NCBI GenBank assembly: GCA_002269645.1
Contig: NIVC01001853.1
Span: forward strand, 124,001-188,000
DNA length: 64,000 nt
From: Macrostomum lignano
Taxonomy: Eukaryota
Direction of reading: 5' to 3'
The notes under the pieces are model-generated. The model was not told the origin of the DNA. It was given only the letters and a program-made list of their open reading frames with translations, and searched no databases. The position numbers were made by a program, and so were the translations under genes. Positions within the stretch are counted from its first letter, which is position 1. The number at the start of each line of letters is the position of its first letter. Below, in pieces: positions 29,567 to 42,346 of this stretch.

Positions 29567-32500
29567 AAAACTTATTTATGAAAGTTACGAGACTCTCGTA
29601 ACAACGTAATATTATATCCATTTGCACCCATTACTACAGTTATCTGTTTGATTGGGCCATATGAGTGAAAAGGAGAGGAATAGAAGATGAGGGATGAAAA
29701 AAGAGAGGAGAGGGAATAGAAGAGGCCGGAGATAATGAAGAAAGGAGTTGGAAGGGGGATGGAGGAGAGAAAGGAGGGGAGAGTCAGAGAGGAGAGGGTA
29801 GAGGTGGTAGAGAATAGGGAAAGGAGAGAAAGGAGAGAGAGATAAGAGTAAAGAAGAGAGAATGATGGAGGAAAGGGAAGAAGTAGAGAGAGAGACGAGA
29901 GAGAGGAGAGGTCACGGCTTGTTGAGTTAAAAATTGAGTATATAAGAAGATACCGGCTTCAAGCCTCTGGGCAGAATCTACTGGCAGTCTGCAGAGCTTC
30001 GGATAAAAAGAATGACGTCCGATCACGAGCTCGTTTTAGGTTTGGGGATCTTACAGGTGATCAGGGGATCTCTTTTCGTATTCAAGAATTTCATGAAGGC
30101 CAGAATAATGAAATGTTGCTTTTTAATAAAGCAACTTGAAACATTAGAAAAGTAGGCATTCCGAAGGCAGCATTGAAAGCAAAAATAGTGAGTTAAAACT
30201 TTTTTGCAAATCGTCACAAGCAAGCAAACACGCTAAAAACGCAAAAAAATTTAATGAAGCAAACGAGTAATACTACCGACGGTAGGGACTAACGCGTTTT
30301 ATCATTTGAGATTGTTCTTGTAAATATGATTACTGGGACATGACAGCAATGGATCAAATAACGGAGACTGAAGAGTAGAGTACACGATGAAAGTACATGT
30401 TGAAAGTACATGTTGAAAGTACATGATGAATGTACATGATGAATGTACATGGTGAATGTACATGATATAAGTACATGATGAAAGTACATTATAAAAACAA
30501 ATAGCAGACTGATTGTATTGAAATTAGCAGGAGAATGTGCACGTATTATTTTGGATATAAAAAAGTTAAATATTTAAGAAACGGTTTTTTTTAAAACTAA
30601 ATTTCTTAAAAATGCCAGAGAAGCTTACAAAATTTCGTGTTCAACTCAAGCTGCGGCATCAAATCTCTCCAGCTTCTCCCTGACCCAGGCGACGACCTTC
30701 GAATTTTCCAGGTTCATGCAGATCACTGCTACAAGTTTGGCTTGAATATTTCAGTAAACAGCATGGGCAATTGGGTATTGAAATCCGCAGAACAAAATTG
30801 CAGAGAAAAGTCCACGTCAAGCAGTCAAAGCAGACACGCAGTTTGAAGGGAAAAAGCAATTCAGCATGCAGTGTGGATTGAATTGCAGCACAAATGTACA
30901 AAACTGCAGTTCATAGCACAAGGGCTGCTCGCACTCGATGGCTCTCGATGTGCTCATTTTCTTAAAAAGCAACTAAATTACTTAACTGAGTCAGCAACAA
31001 AGTATGGTCTATGCACAATAACCCAAGAGCATGTACAAAAACTTATGAATCAAATGATAAAAAGGTAAGGAAAACAGGAAAGCAAAACGGTAAAAGTATT
31101 CAGTAATTGGGTTTGAAAATTACAGTCCTGCAAAACTTGAAAATCTGAGCAACGAAGTCCTCAGGTTACTCAGGTCAGGTCTCATCCGACTGAGCTTGGC
31201 GTGAGTCCAGCTGTCTCTCTGCTCCGCTGCAGTTTCCATGGCAACCAGGCGACCCAAGTCGGCCCCGTCTCGCCGCAGCCTCGCCCTCGCCCACAGCCTC
31301 CGCTCCTCATCTTCCCTGCTGCGGTGAGCGCCGCTGTCGCTCCCGCTGCGGTTCGAAACTCGCCACCGCTTCTGCCTGACCCAGCCGATCTTCTCCTCGT
31401 CCTGCGTCTCCATGGCGACGCGTCTCTCTTTCTCGATCATCTCCATCTGCTGCAGGCTGAGCTCCACGTGCTGGCGGCAGTCGCTGTAGTGAGCCAGAGT
31501 GAGCAGCTCCTCAAAGTCCGGGTCTCCAAGCAGCTGTTCAATCCAATGATCGAATGCGATTGCAGGTGCGCGATTGCGGAGCAGCTCAGCTTGGAGACTC
31601 CAGCTCAGGCAGCGGAAGTTCACGTACAGGTGGGAGGAGAGGGGCTGCGACAGTCTGGCTGTGAACAGAGTCTGCGTGAACTCGGGAAGGAATGGGATGC
31701 GAGGCGGAGAGTCGCAGGGGAGGCAGAACCTCCACGCCCAGTCTGAGTCTTCTGGCAAATTAGTTTGGTAATAGCATTCATCTGTTTGAATATCCTGAGC
31801 CTTCAACCCCGACTGAACCTGATGTCTCTGCAGCTCCATCGCGAGTCTCTCAGCCTCCTGAGATTCTCCGAACTTCAAATGCGCCATGGCGGTCATGCAC
31901 AGGGCGGCGCACTTGCACCACTGCAGCTCATGCAGGAGACTGAGCTGCCTCATCAGAGTGTCTCTGTCGCTCGATTCCGACTGCAGCTCACTCACACACT
32001 GGTGCACCACACTGTACACGTTTGCGAACTTGTAGTAAAACTCATTGCTAAAAATTCCTTCCCTGATCTCTGTGACAGCAGGAGGTGCTGTCAGAGGAAA
32101 CAGAGTGAACGGGTGCAGCTCTCTAACACACTGATGAACCATACTGTACCCTTCTGAGAACTTGTGGTACATTTCTGGATATTCACTTTCTTCCCTGATC
32201 TCCCTGACAGCAGGCGGCGCTATCAGAGGCAACAGAGTGAACGGGTGAAAGTAGAACTTCTCTGACTGAAGAGGTCTCACGAGTCTCCTCAGCTGCTCGA
32301 CCACTCCGCCGATGTCGCTTCTCAGCTCACAAAGTCGGTCTCGAACCCTCGCCTTCGTGTTGTCGAAGTCGCCGCCGATTCCAGCGTTCTTGAAGTAGAG
32401 CGGAGCGTCGGGCATGAAGAAGTGCGGCATGCACTCATCGGGGGAGCTTCTCGAGTCGATGAAGCTCAGCATCATGTCGAGAGATTCCTTGAGCAGAGCG

Positions 32501-33470
32501 ATCAGATTGTGGGGCTGCCAAGCACCAGTACGCCAATTATATCTACGATGCTTCTCCAGCAGCATGAAGAAGAGCAGAGTCTTTGCATGGTAGGTCTTGA
32601 GTCCAGGTGTGTCCAGAGTGAGCGGCAAGTGTCTCTTGAAGATGAACTTGATGAGTGTGAACAGCTGGCCCTGGACTGAGCTCAGCCGTCTCATGATGTC
32701 TTTCTCTTGGAAGCTGAAGCTCACTCTGAGCTCGTTGGTCGAGCTCGGTCTGGTCGCTTGAACGAGGTGAACTTTCTTAGGACTGTCTCTAAGCAGTTTT
32801 CTAATTCTGTCTTCACAGAATCTGCTGCAGCACAGGATCGCATGGCACGTGTCCTGTGCAGGCCGCACACCGCACGCCGTGGCTGTCAGTGCAGGTTGGC
32901 TGCCTGCAGAGCGCAGTGAGCGAATAGTCGCTTTGAGGCTGCGGGCCACTCGGTTGCGAATTTAAAATTGAGCAATGTTAATGGGATTCCAGTTGCATGC
33001 GGATCTCAGCATTCTGATGATGAAACCAGCCTCACTCACCTGCTCCCACTGCCACTTGTGCGTGGCCCTCCGTGACCTGCAGCCGAGTGGCGTCTCTGCA
33101 GGAATCCCGTAAACTTTCTTGTCCATCGCAGCCGCCTTCCAGATGAAACTGCTGCCCAGCAACCAGCACAGTCCAGTCAATGTCCGAGTCTGCAGCTGTC
33201 CTGCCGTTCACTTGCACCAGACTGTTGGCCCAGCCCTCTGCGTAGCTGCCCGTCATCTGCCTGCCATCCTGTGTGAGGACTCGAGCGACTTCTTCCAGCC
33301 AGTCAGCCAGTCTCTGCTGACACTTTGCTCTCTGCTCGGTGAATCCCGCATTGCTGAGCAGTCGATGCAGCTCCTCGTTCAGGCGCCTGTCTTGCTGGGA
33401 GTCGTCTGGGAGCCTGGAATGATCCGAGATACGTGTGGGTGATTCTCTCAAAATTTGATGGACAGAACAA

Positions 33471-34806
33471 GCAGGAGAGCTGAGAGTGCAGCTGCTGCAG
33501 CACTCAGACTGGCATCTCAAGCAGGAGAGCTGAGAGTGCAGCTGCTGCAGCACTCAGACTGGCATCTCAAGCAGGAGAGCTGAGAGTGCAGCTGCTGCAG
33601 CACTCAGACTGGCATCTCAAGCAGGAGAGCTGAGAGTGCAGCTGCTGCAGCACTCAGACTGGCATCTCAAGCAGGAGAGCTGAGAGTGCAGCTGCTGAAG
33701 CACTAAGACTGGCATCTCAAGCAGGAGAGCTGAGAGTGCAGCTGCTGCAGCACTCAGACTGGCATCTCAAGCAGGAGAGCTGAGAGTGCAGCTGCTGCAG
33801 CACTCAGACTGGCATCTCAAGCAGGAGAGCTGAGAGTGCAGCTGCTGCAGCACTCAGACTGGCATCTCAAGCAGGAGAGCTGAGAGTGCAGCTGCTGCAG
33901 CACTCAGACTGGCATCTCAAGCAGGAGAGCTGAGAGTGCAGCTGCTGCAGCACTCAGACTGGCATCTCAAGCAGGAGAGCTGAGAGTGCAGCTGCTGAAG
34001 CACTCAGACTGGCATCTCAAGCAGGAGAGCTGAGAGTGCAGCTGCTGCAGCACTCAGACTGGCATCTCAAGCAGGAGAGCTGAGAGTGCAGCTGCTGCAG
34101 CACTCAGACTGGCATCTCAAGCAGGAGAGCTGAGAGTGCAGCTGCTGCAGCACTCAGACTGGCATCTCAAGCATGAGAGCTGAGAGTGCAGCTGCTGCAG
34201 CACTCAGACTGGCATCTCAAGCAGGAGAGCTGAGAGTGCAGCTGCTGCAGCACTCAGACTGGCATCTCAAGCAGGAGAGCTGAGAGTGCAGCTGCTGCAG
34301 CACTCAGACTGGCATCTCAAGCAGGAGAGCTGAGAGTGCAGCTGCTGCAGCACTCAGACTGGCATCTCAAGCAGGAGAGCTGAGAGTGCAGCTGCTGCAG
34401 CACTCAGACTGGCATCTCAAGCAGGAGAGCTGAGAGTGCAGCTGCTGCAGCACTCAGACTGGCATCTCAAGCAGGAGAGCTGAGAGTGCAGCTGCTGCAG
34501 CACTCAGACTGGCATCTCAAGCAGGAGAACTGAGAGTGCAGCTGCTGCAGCACTCAGACTGGCATCTCAAGCAGGAGAGCTGAGAGTGCAGCTGCTGCAG
34601 CACTCAGACTGGCATCTCAAGCAGGAGAGCTGAGAGTGCAGCTGCTGCAGCACTCAGACTGGCATCTCAAGCAGGAGAGCTGAGAGTGCAGCTGCTGCAG
34701 CACTCAGACTGGCATCTCAAGCAGGAGAGCTGAGAGTGCAGCTGCTGCAGCACTCAGACTGGCATCTCAAGCAGGAGAGCTGAGAGTGCAGCTGCTGCAG
34801 CACTCA
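33471..34806. repeat. 50-bp intronic VNTR, ~27 units (5 units in copy 2 at 49698-49946, 1 unit in copy 3 at 61662-61713)
   Basis: GCAGGAGAGCTGAGAGTGCAGCTGCTGCAGCACTCAGACTGGCATCTCAA in exact 50-bp register. Confidence 0.95.
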
Positions 34807-35839
34807 GTCCAGCCCAATCTCAACCCTCCTGAGTTTCGCTGAAATTTCTGCCCCAAGCTGCCAGTCTGTTGGAAGGCGCAGTGCTGCAGTGAAAGCTGAA
34901 CTCACCGATGGAGGCCCGAATCCAAGCTTGGAGCGGCTAGCTTCCGGGCTTCTGGACTTCTGCAATGTGGGAAGGGAGGAAGGGAGGGCTCTCACAGCAG
35001 TTGAGTCTGAGATTCTCAGGCGGCACAAATCATGGAGTTGTACGAGCTCCTATTTCCAGACGAAGCCCTCCGTCAGTGTAACTTCTTGTTTGTAGCTACA
35101 GTAGCTAACCGTAATCAGATGTTTGTTTGTTTTTTCACTCCTTGTTTTTGTTTATATAGTTAAGTATTACACCACTATAATTATTGGCATTATGAGACCG
35201 CCTTGCTCGTTTATCTTTCGTCGTGCCATGGGGTCACTAAAATTATACCAATACTGTTGTGCAATCGTGCCCTTTCGCGCCCTCCTGCCCCGCCCCAACC
35301 CTTTCAGTCTGCCCACCCCTCCAATCGATAATCAATGCGTACGCTGATCACGCCACCCCACCCACCTCCTCTGCTGTACCGTAAATTGGTTCAAAAAGTA
35401 GACATGTACTCGAGGGTCACAAAATAAATACAATGAATTTGCTGTCCAGTGGGCAGCCGCGGCCTTGCGTTCTTTTGGTCCTATCGTTGGCTACGTCAAA
35501 ACAAACTAATTACTTGTGCGAACTGCATCGGTTTTGCGCGGAAGCTCGTGAGTTCTGCTCTGTCCTTTTCCTGCTTCTCCCTGGGGCGCGGGACGGGAGC
35601 CCTAACGGGGGACCTGGGGGTCGCAGCTTCCCAACAGGGTTCAGCTGTAGGCGTTGCTCTGGAGGACGAGGCTCACAACAATACCATTGACGTTCTGAGG
35701 GCTGCGAAGCCTAATTTTCACCTGCGAGCAGACACGCCATATATTTCAATTTGCATATACTTTCTGTGTTCACCTTTTCTCCCTCTATTTCTTATTCACT
35801 TCTACTCTCGTTCCCGCGTTCGCACTTCGCTTAGCCTAA

Positions 35840-36029
35840 TATACTCAGCAACATTAAAAAGTCGCCATCACAGAAGATTCCGTCTGTGGTCGCCACTTTT
35901 GAGAGTGCAGGTAAAGTCTCTCAATCTTGCGGGTGACGCACCTCAGCTACCTCACCTCACCTCAGAACAGTCCAAGAGAAATTGCTCAGTAGCGAATAGA
36001 GTGGCGACTTTTTAATGTTGCTGAGTATA
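35840..36029. mobile_element. MITE with perfect terminal inverted repeats and TA flanks (Tc1/mariner-like)
   Basis: TATACTCAGCAACATTAAAAAGTCGCCA (35840-35867) is the exact reverse complement of 36002-36029. It is absent from the equivalent introns of copies 2 and 3. Confidence 0.8.
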
Positions 36030-37814
36030 CTTGCGTAAAAAGTATATCCTTAGCAATTTTTACCAACCGCTTCCGAACTGCACCAAAGAAATACTTTACC
36101 CAAGCAGAATACTACGCTGAAAACAGTCACAAAATTCTGGTCTCATGGTCTTACTCACCCCGCTTCTCTGGCATCCAGCAGCCGCAGCACCTGCCGCTGC
36201 TCAAATCGCTGTGCCACCTGCGCACACGTCAGACCCCGACCCTCTCGATGACTCGCATCCGCTCCTCTGTCCATCAGAGCCTTGGCTGCTCGCGCGTGAC
36301 CGGCTTCGCACGCTCGTGACAGAGCAGTCCGACCCTGACTGTCTTCAGCACGCACTGACGCACCGAGATCGATGAGTTTCTCAATGAGCTCGTGATGACC
36401 TGCATCAGCTGCCAGCATGAGAGCAGTGGCTCCAGTGCTGTCTGGCAGATCGACATGCTCTTTGCTGACTCGCTCATCATTGATCAGTGTGACAGCAAGA
36501 GCGACGTGTCTTTGAGAGATGGAGAGACGGAGCAGCTGTGTGATGTGAGCTGGCTGCATTCGAGAGAGGGTGTCGTTGAGAACAGAGTTTCTGCCTTCGA
36601 TGGCCATTGCTGCAGTGAAGGTGAGGATGGTGCTGGATTGGAAGAGCCAGTCAGGCTCGAGACCGAGGGAGGCATCAACATCTTTATGAAGACGAGAGCA
36701 AGCCGCGACCGCCCATTGCAAACCGAGATCCAGGGTTGAAAAACACGAAAGAAGGCACTTCATCACTTCTCGTTGATTCAATTCTGTAGCATACTTGGCA
36801 GCCTCGATGCAGCACTGATCTCTTTGTGTTTTGTGAGAGACTGTCGCCACGAGATATTTGATGGCTTCTAAGTGACCATTAGTTGCAGCATACTTGGCAG
36901 CCTCGATGCAGCACTGATCTCTTTGTGTTTTGCCAGCTAGTGTAGGCACGAGAAACTTGACAACTTCTAAGTGACCATTGCTTGCAGCAGATTTCGCAGC
37001 CTCGATACAGCACTTATCTATTTTTGTTTTGTCAGCGATTGTCAACACGAAAAACTTGACGACTTTTAAGTGACCACTGCTTGCAGCATATTTCGCAGCC
37101 TCGATGCGGAGGTGATCTCTTTTTTTTGGTCATCTAACATAGGCACGAGATACTTTACGACTTCTAAGTGACCCTTGCTTGCGGCATATTTCGCAGCCTC
37201 GATGCAGAACTGATCTCTTTTTGTTTGGTCAGCGACTGTCGGCACAAGAAACTTAACGACGTCCCAAAGACGATTGAGTGCTGCAAATTCGGCATCCTCG
37301 ATGCAGCAGTGATCTCTGTTTGCATATGTATGGTCAGCAATTCTCTGCACGAGAAACTGGAAGACTTCCCACTGTCCTTTGAATGCAGCAATTTTTGAAC
37401 AGCCTTTGCAGAAGTTATATATGTCTTTTTCTGTTTGTTGAAAATCCAGATAGTGGCTGAGCGCCTGAATGTTTCCTGTTTTGGCTGCCTCGTCAGCACT
37501 GATTTGTTGGCTCATTCTGCTTGGTTCGCCGGTGAGTGCTTTTCACTAGAAGAAAAATACTTTCCTGTTGTTGGGTGAAGGAGAGGGAAGGAGAAAACGA
37601 ATATATAAAAAACTGCTGCTTTCAGAGTTGCAGTTTGTTTTGATCTGTTCAAAGCAAAACAACGAATGGCTTGAAATAGCATCAGCTGGGTGAGGCGGCT
37701 CGGGTGCACAGGAAAGTGGCTTGTTAAACCGCCTTGGTGAGTTTTTCTCTCCCATTTTGCCGCTGCACGGCATCTCAACTGCCGCAGCTTCAGCCAGTTG
37801 GTTGGCAAGCAGCT

Positions 37815-38106
37815 CAGAATGACAGATGACAGTGCTCAGGTCCCAGCCCAGAGTGACAGATCACAGTGCTTAGGTCCCAGCCCAGAGTGACAGATCACAG
37901 TGCTCAGGTCCCAGCCCAGAGTGATAGATCACAGTGCTCAGGTCCCAGCCCAGAGTGACAGATCACAGTGCTCAGGTCCCAGCCCAGAGTGACAGATTAC
38001 AGTGCTCAGGTCCCAGCCCAAAGTGACAGATCACAGTGCTCAGGTCCCAGCCCAGAGTGACAGATCACAGTGTTCAGGTCACAGCCCAGAGTGACAGATC
38101 ACAGTG
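37815..38106. repeat. 34-bp VNTR (GTGACAGATCACAGTGCTCAGGTCCCAGCCCAGA) upstream of copy 1
   Basis: A homologous, longer array lies at 52560-53245. Confidence 0.9.
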
Positions 38107-39613
38107 ACCAATTTGAAAGACGCCACACGGGCCCGTTGGACAGTTTTCTTGGGCTGCTATTTATGCAACTAACTCGCCTTCGAGAGTCCGAGGTACGGCA
38201 TATTCAGCTCGTGGAGCATCTCAACAGAGTTATCAACGAGGTGTCGGGAATGCGTGCTGAGCTGACGCGGATTTCAGCTTCACTGGACCCAGACGCTGCT
38301 CCGGAGACCACCTTTTGGCCTATCAGAAGCTGGGAGCAGTACGTTCAGTTTGCTGACGAGCGGCCAGTGGAGCATTTAGCATCCTTGGTAAATTATATTT
38401 ATATTTAGCCAACAAAAATATATTTAGCATCTGCCCATGCAAAATGTGTTAGAATTAGAAACTCAGCATTTTTAAGCTAAATTTTCGATAAATTAAATTC
38501 CAAACCTAAACTACACAAAATTTTCTAATTACTCTACTGATTATAGCTAGTGAGTAGTATGACAGAAAGTCAACTTTAAAGCTCTTTATATACGTGTATA
38601 ATGCAAAATTATCATTGAAAATTGAAAATACAGAATGTATATCATTACCACAACTATTTCCAGAGGCTTCTACTGCGTCTGTGTCGCAGACAGAGATGGC
38701 AGGATTTTATCCGGGCTATGCTGGACTGCACTCTGTCGGCGAATATGCAGGCGGTCATAAACTTTAAGGGCAATGACCTGCAGGCGAGAGCCCATTACGC
38801 TGGCATTGAGACTATTCTATCAGATGGCGAATTGGCTTTTAGTGCCGTATTCATTGAGAGATTTCAAGGTATGGACTTTCTGTCTATTACACTAAATAAA
38901 TATTTACTTATTCCTTTTTACTTTTAAAAGGGGAGATGGGCAACATGGGCGTACAAGTATTAGCAAAATGTAAAAACAATTCTTCATTTAACATACAAAA
39001 CTAAGGAAATCTAACTTAGCGCTTCGTAATTTGGCTCCACAATATATACCGGTCAACTTTTGAACCCACAGATGCCATCACCACCATCTATGGCCCGTCT
39101 GAAGAGCTTGGGCGTCCCTCCCGAGACAATGTAAAAACTGTCGTTGTGGATCAGCTCAAACGCGGCAACGACAGAATTGCTGGGAGAATACATCGGCGAC
39201 AGCCTGTAATTGGAGCAGCCATTCGGCCCGCTGCCCCTGCATCAACGCCTACCAATAATAGCGGCCCTAAGGGGTCGTCTGCTTCCTCAGCAGATCCGGC
39301 ATCGAAGCCTTCTAACGACAGAAGGTTGTCAGCCTCTGCTGCCTCAGCAGATCCGGCATCCAAGCCTTCTAACGACAGAAGGTTGTCAGCCTCTGCTGCC
39401 TCAGCAGATCCGGCATCCACGCCTTCTAACGACAGAAGGTTGTCAGCCTCAGCTGCACCGCCGTCAACTCATAAAAAGCCCCAAGCGCCACAAAGCAAGT
39501 GCCAGGGCCGGGGCCGTAAGAGCCGCAAATTAGTGCAGCGGCCGGTGCCATTTCAGAGATTTGTGTCATCATCCGAGTCTGAGGATGATCAGAGGGACAC
39601 TGACCACTATTAA
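38107..39613 (+). CDS. Three-exon DUF4806-like gene, probably 5'-truncated, with a low-complexity C-terminal tail
   Basis: Exons ~38107-38387 (donor GTAAAT, phase 0), 38664-38868 (donor GTATGG, phase 1) and 39072-39613 splice in frame. Segments FWPIRSWEQY...IRAMLDCTLSANMQAVINFKG...LKRGNDRIAGR resemble the DUF4806 pattern from recall; no HMM was run. The tail has three 20-aa (60-bp) repeats at ~39280-39450. Confidence 0.6.
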
Positions 39614-41559
39614 TGACTGAATTTTTTGCATGTAAATCAATAAGTATTGACAGTTGCGACTGCTGAACACCGATACAGTAGAATGGGTTACTTTCAAAGG
39701 GCTTCAGAAACTTTGTCACAGTTGGCGCAAAAGCTTTGTTGGAGGGGTCAGAAATTTTTGGGAGATGGTGCCAGAAAGGGCAGAAACAATAGGAGAGGCG
39801 AGAAACAAGCCGTATGGGTATAAACCCTAGCTTACACTCGTCACAACTTGTCGAATAAATTTATAAATGTAGGAGACAGTTTACAGGCTTATTTCCCGTA
39901 TCTATAATGCTTGAAATGAGCTTACTTTTGCGTAAATGATTTTTTGTCTTTTCTATTCTAATTCTTATCTATTCCGTTATACGTCTTACTTTTTAGTTTT
40001 TTACGGACACTATACCGTTGTTAACATCAAATTTAATGTTGCTTTTATTTCATCATCACAATTTTTAAAGTCCATGTAATTGTCAAAAATGTGCTTACAT
40101 GTAGAAATCTTACGTATTCTCAAAATTTCGTTAGTGTAAGTTTTTCTTCTCATTTATAAGTTGTTCTGTAAATACACAAATAAAATGAAATTCAGCGCTA
40201 CGAGCAGTTCATTTATAGTTCAAGTAATTGTAAACACTCTTATAGTTATTCCTTGGGAAATTCATGCAATAAGCGGTACGTACAATATGCCTGCAAATGC
40301 AAAAAAGTTTTTCTTGCATGTGCTAAGCATACTACTATTAGTAGGATAAAAGTAGTATATTCGATATAAATCTAACCGTGCGCCCCGAACCGTTCGGGGC
40401 AACCGCGCGGCGTAGTCCTATACCATACGCGTCGGCACACGAGCGCTCAATAAGGGGCGCCGCCGTCAGCGCACGGTTGGGCGTACTGAAATTCCCCACT
40501 GGGATGGAGGGGAGCTAGAAGGTACAAATTCAGCATAAAGTCGTAAACTCAGTGAGCAATCGCAAGCCTAATTGACGGCTTCAGCTTCAACTCCAAAGCA
40601 AACCCAGCAGACTGAAGCAGGGCAGAGCAGGACTCACCGATGGCCAGTTTTGAACTCGCCAGGCTGAGACTCGCAGGTCGCAGAGAAGGTGGAGGCGCAC
40701 AAGGAATCACGTCGGTAATTGAAATAGGAGGAAGAGGAAGAAGACCGCAGATGGGGCAGAGAGACCAACAAAGCAGCGGTTAGCGACAGAAGCCTCAATT
40801 CTCCCTTTTCTTCGCCGGTTGGAAGGGAGGCAGTGCGATAAAACCGATCGTACGCAGCCGTCACAGAAAGTCATTCCCGTACATCTGAAGGCTGACAGCG
40901 CAAGCACAGGTATCCCTACCCCTCAGACAAATGAGTAAAACTTGACTGTACATTGGCAAGAAAGCGGGTAAAAAACTCACAATCCAAAACGGAACCTTTG
41001 CCCCACCCCAAAGCAATCAATAGGCTGGCCAGTGCGCACAAGAGGCGTGGAAGGCCCAGGCAAGGCCACTTCGTTTCCAAGGAACAGCAGGTCAAGCTGG
41101 GCGGAGGCACCTGACTGTCTGCTCAAATTTTGGAAAACTTGGTTTCGCTTGAGAGCTGACCAAATTCTTCACAATTCACAATTATTTACCGTTCTGCAAA
41201 CTCAAAATTGAAAATTTGTGATGCAGAACACTTTTTTCTGGAAGCTTCCACGCCTCCCGTGTAGCCAGGGCTGACCGCTCGCCCACCTGCCACTCACCCC
41301 GAGCATTTGCTCTCTGCTGTTTTTTACCATTTTCCGCTGTTGCTGCAGTTTGAGTTTGAGCAGTGCGGCAGTCGGCCATTTTGCAGCAGGGGCGAATCCA
41401 GCGGCTGAGCTGAGGGGCTGCTGCGGCCCCACTGAAATTTTGAGCTGCCCTTCTGGCGACCCCGCTAGGACAGCCGCTGAGGACCGGCGCCCAAATGCAG
41501 CACTGAGCTCAGCTCTCAGAACTCCCACAGCCAACTTGGCTCAGCAGCCTCTGCAGCTA

Positions 41560-41810
41560 TGGCGCCCTTTTCCTGCTGCCCCTGCACTGCGGCCTGGCAT
41601 TAACGCCCTTTTCCTGCTGCCCCTGCACTGCGGCCTGGCATTGGCGCCCTTTTCCTGCTGCCCCTGCATTGCGGCGTGGCATTGGCGCTTTTTTCCTGCT
41701 GCCCCTTCACTGCGGCCTGGCATTGGCGCCCTTTTCCTGCTGCCCCTTCACTGCGGCCTGGCATTGGCGCCCTTTTCCTGCTGCCCTGCACTGCGCCTGG
41801 CATTGGCGCG
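41560..41810. repeat. 41-bp GC-rich minisatellite (GGCATTGGCGCCCTTTTCCTGCTGCCCCTGCACTGCGGCCT)
   Basis: About 6 tandem units. Confidence 0.9.
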
Positions 41811-42346
41811 CCATCAGTGCGGCGCCCATATTTGGCGCCCTCGATTTGCGCGCTAAACTGGCGCTATTACTTGACGCCGTTAGTTGGTGTAGGGTTTAGA
41901 AGTCCTCAAGTAAACGCTATATAAAAAAGCCAAAGCAAAAAAACACTAAGGGAAAAGATCGGTTAGAAGTTCAAAAAGTAAACGTGAAAGATAAGACGCA
42001 TAACCGGGACAATTAGAACTCAGTAGCGGGGACATGAGTGTGAAGAGAGTGTGGCAGCCAGCATCCATTCCAGATACCGAGCAAAGCGACTTGACGTCAA
42101 CGCAAGCCTCGGGTACAAGGCAGAGCCAGTCGGCAGGGTGTCAGACAAAGCGAAAACGGCGAGACATCCCGACTGGCAGGCGAGGCAGGGCGATGGTCGA
42201 CAGGCGAGGTCAGTCCGTGCAATGAGGCCGACCGGAGAGGGGAGAAGCTGCGCCCCCTCCCAGGGAGAGGGGCAACCGAAGGGCTACGAGCGGTCTGATG
42301 CGCGAGAAAAATGGACTCCAGACTGACCCTCCTGATCGCTTTGACT

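Larger units (their letters stand above)
31120..37515 (-). pseudogene. Ankyrin-repeat + cGAS-like (Mab-21) nucleotidyltransferase fusion gene, copy 1 (1-nt frameshift; intact if that is an assembly error)
   Basis: Exons 37515-36159, 34959-34906, 33413-33040 and 32903-31120, with GTGAGT donors and CAG acceptors in phases 2/2/1. The total of 3569 nt is one short of a multiple of 3, and the T8 run at 37120-37127 is 9 nt in sister units. Motifs: MTGSYAEG, DSDIDW, QDTCHAI, LRVSFSFQEK, LKTYHAKTLLF, CMPHFF. About 1189 aa if corrected. Confidence 0.8.

Noticed and set aside
33013-33030. Second hammerhead (CTGATGATGAAAC)
   Set aside because: There is no stem II between the two core halves; it is intronic sequence.
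35039-35404. Solo LTR (TGT...ACA) in the copy-1 intron
   Set aside because: No target-site duplication or other LTR hallmarks found.
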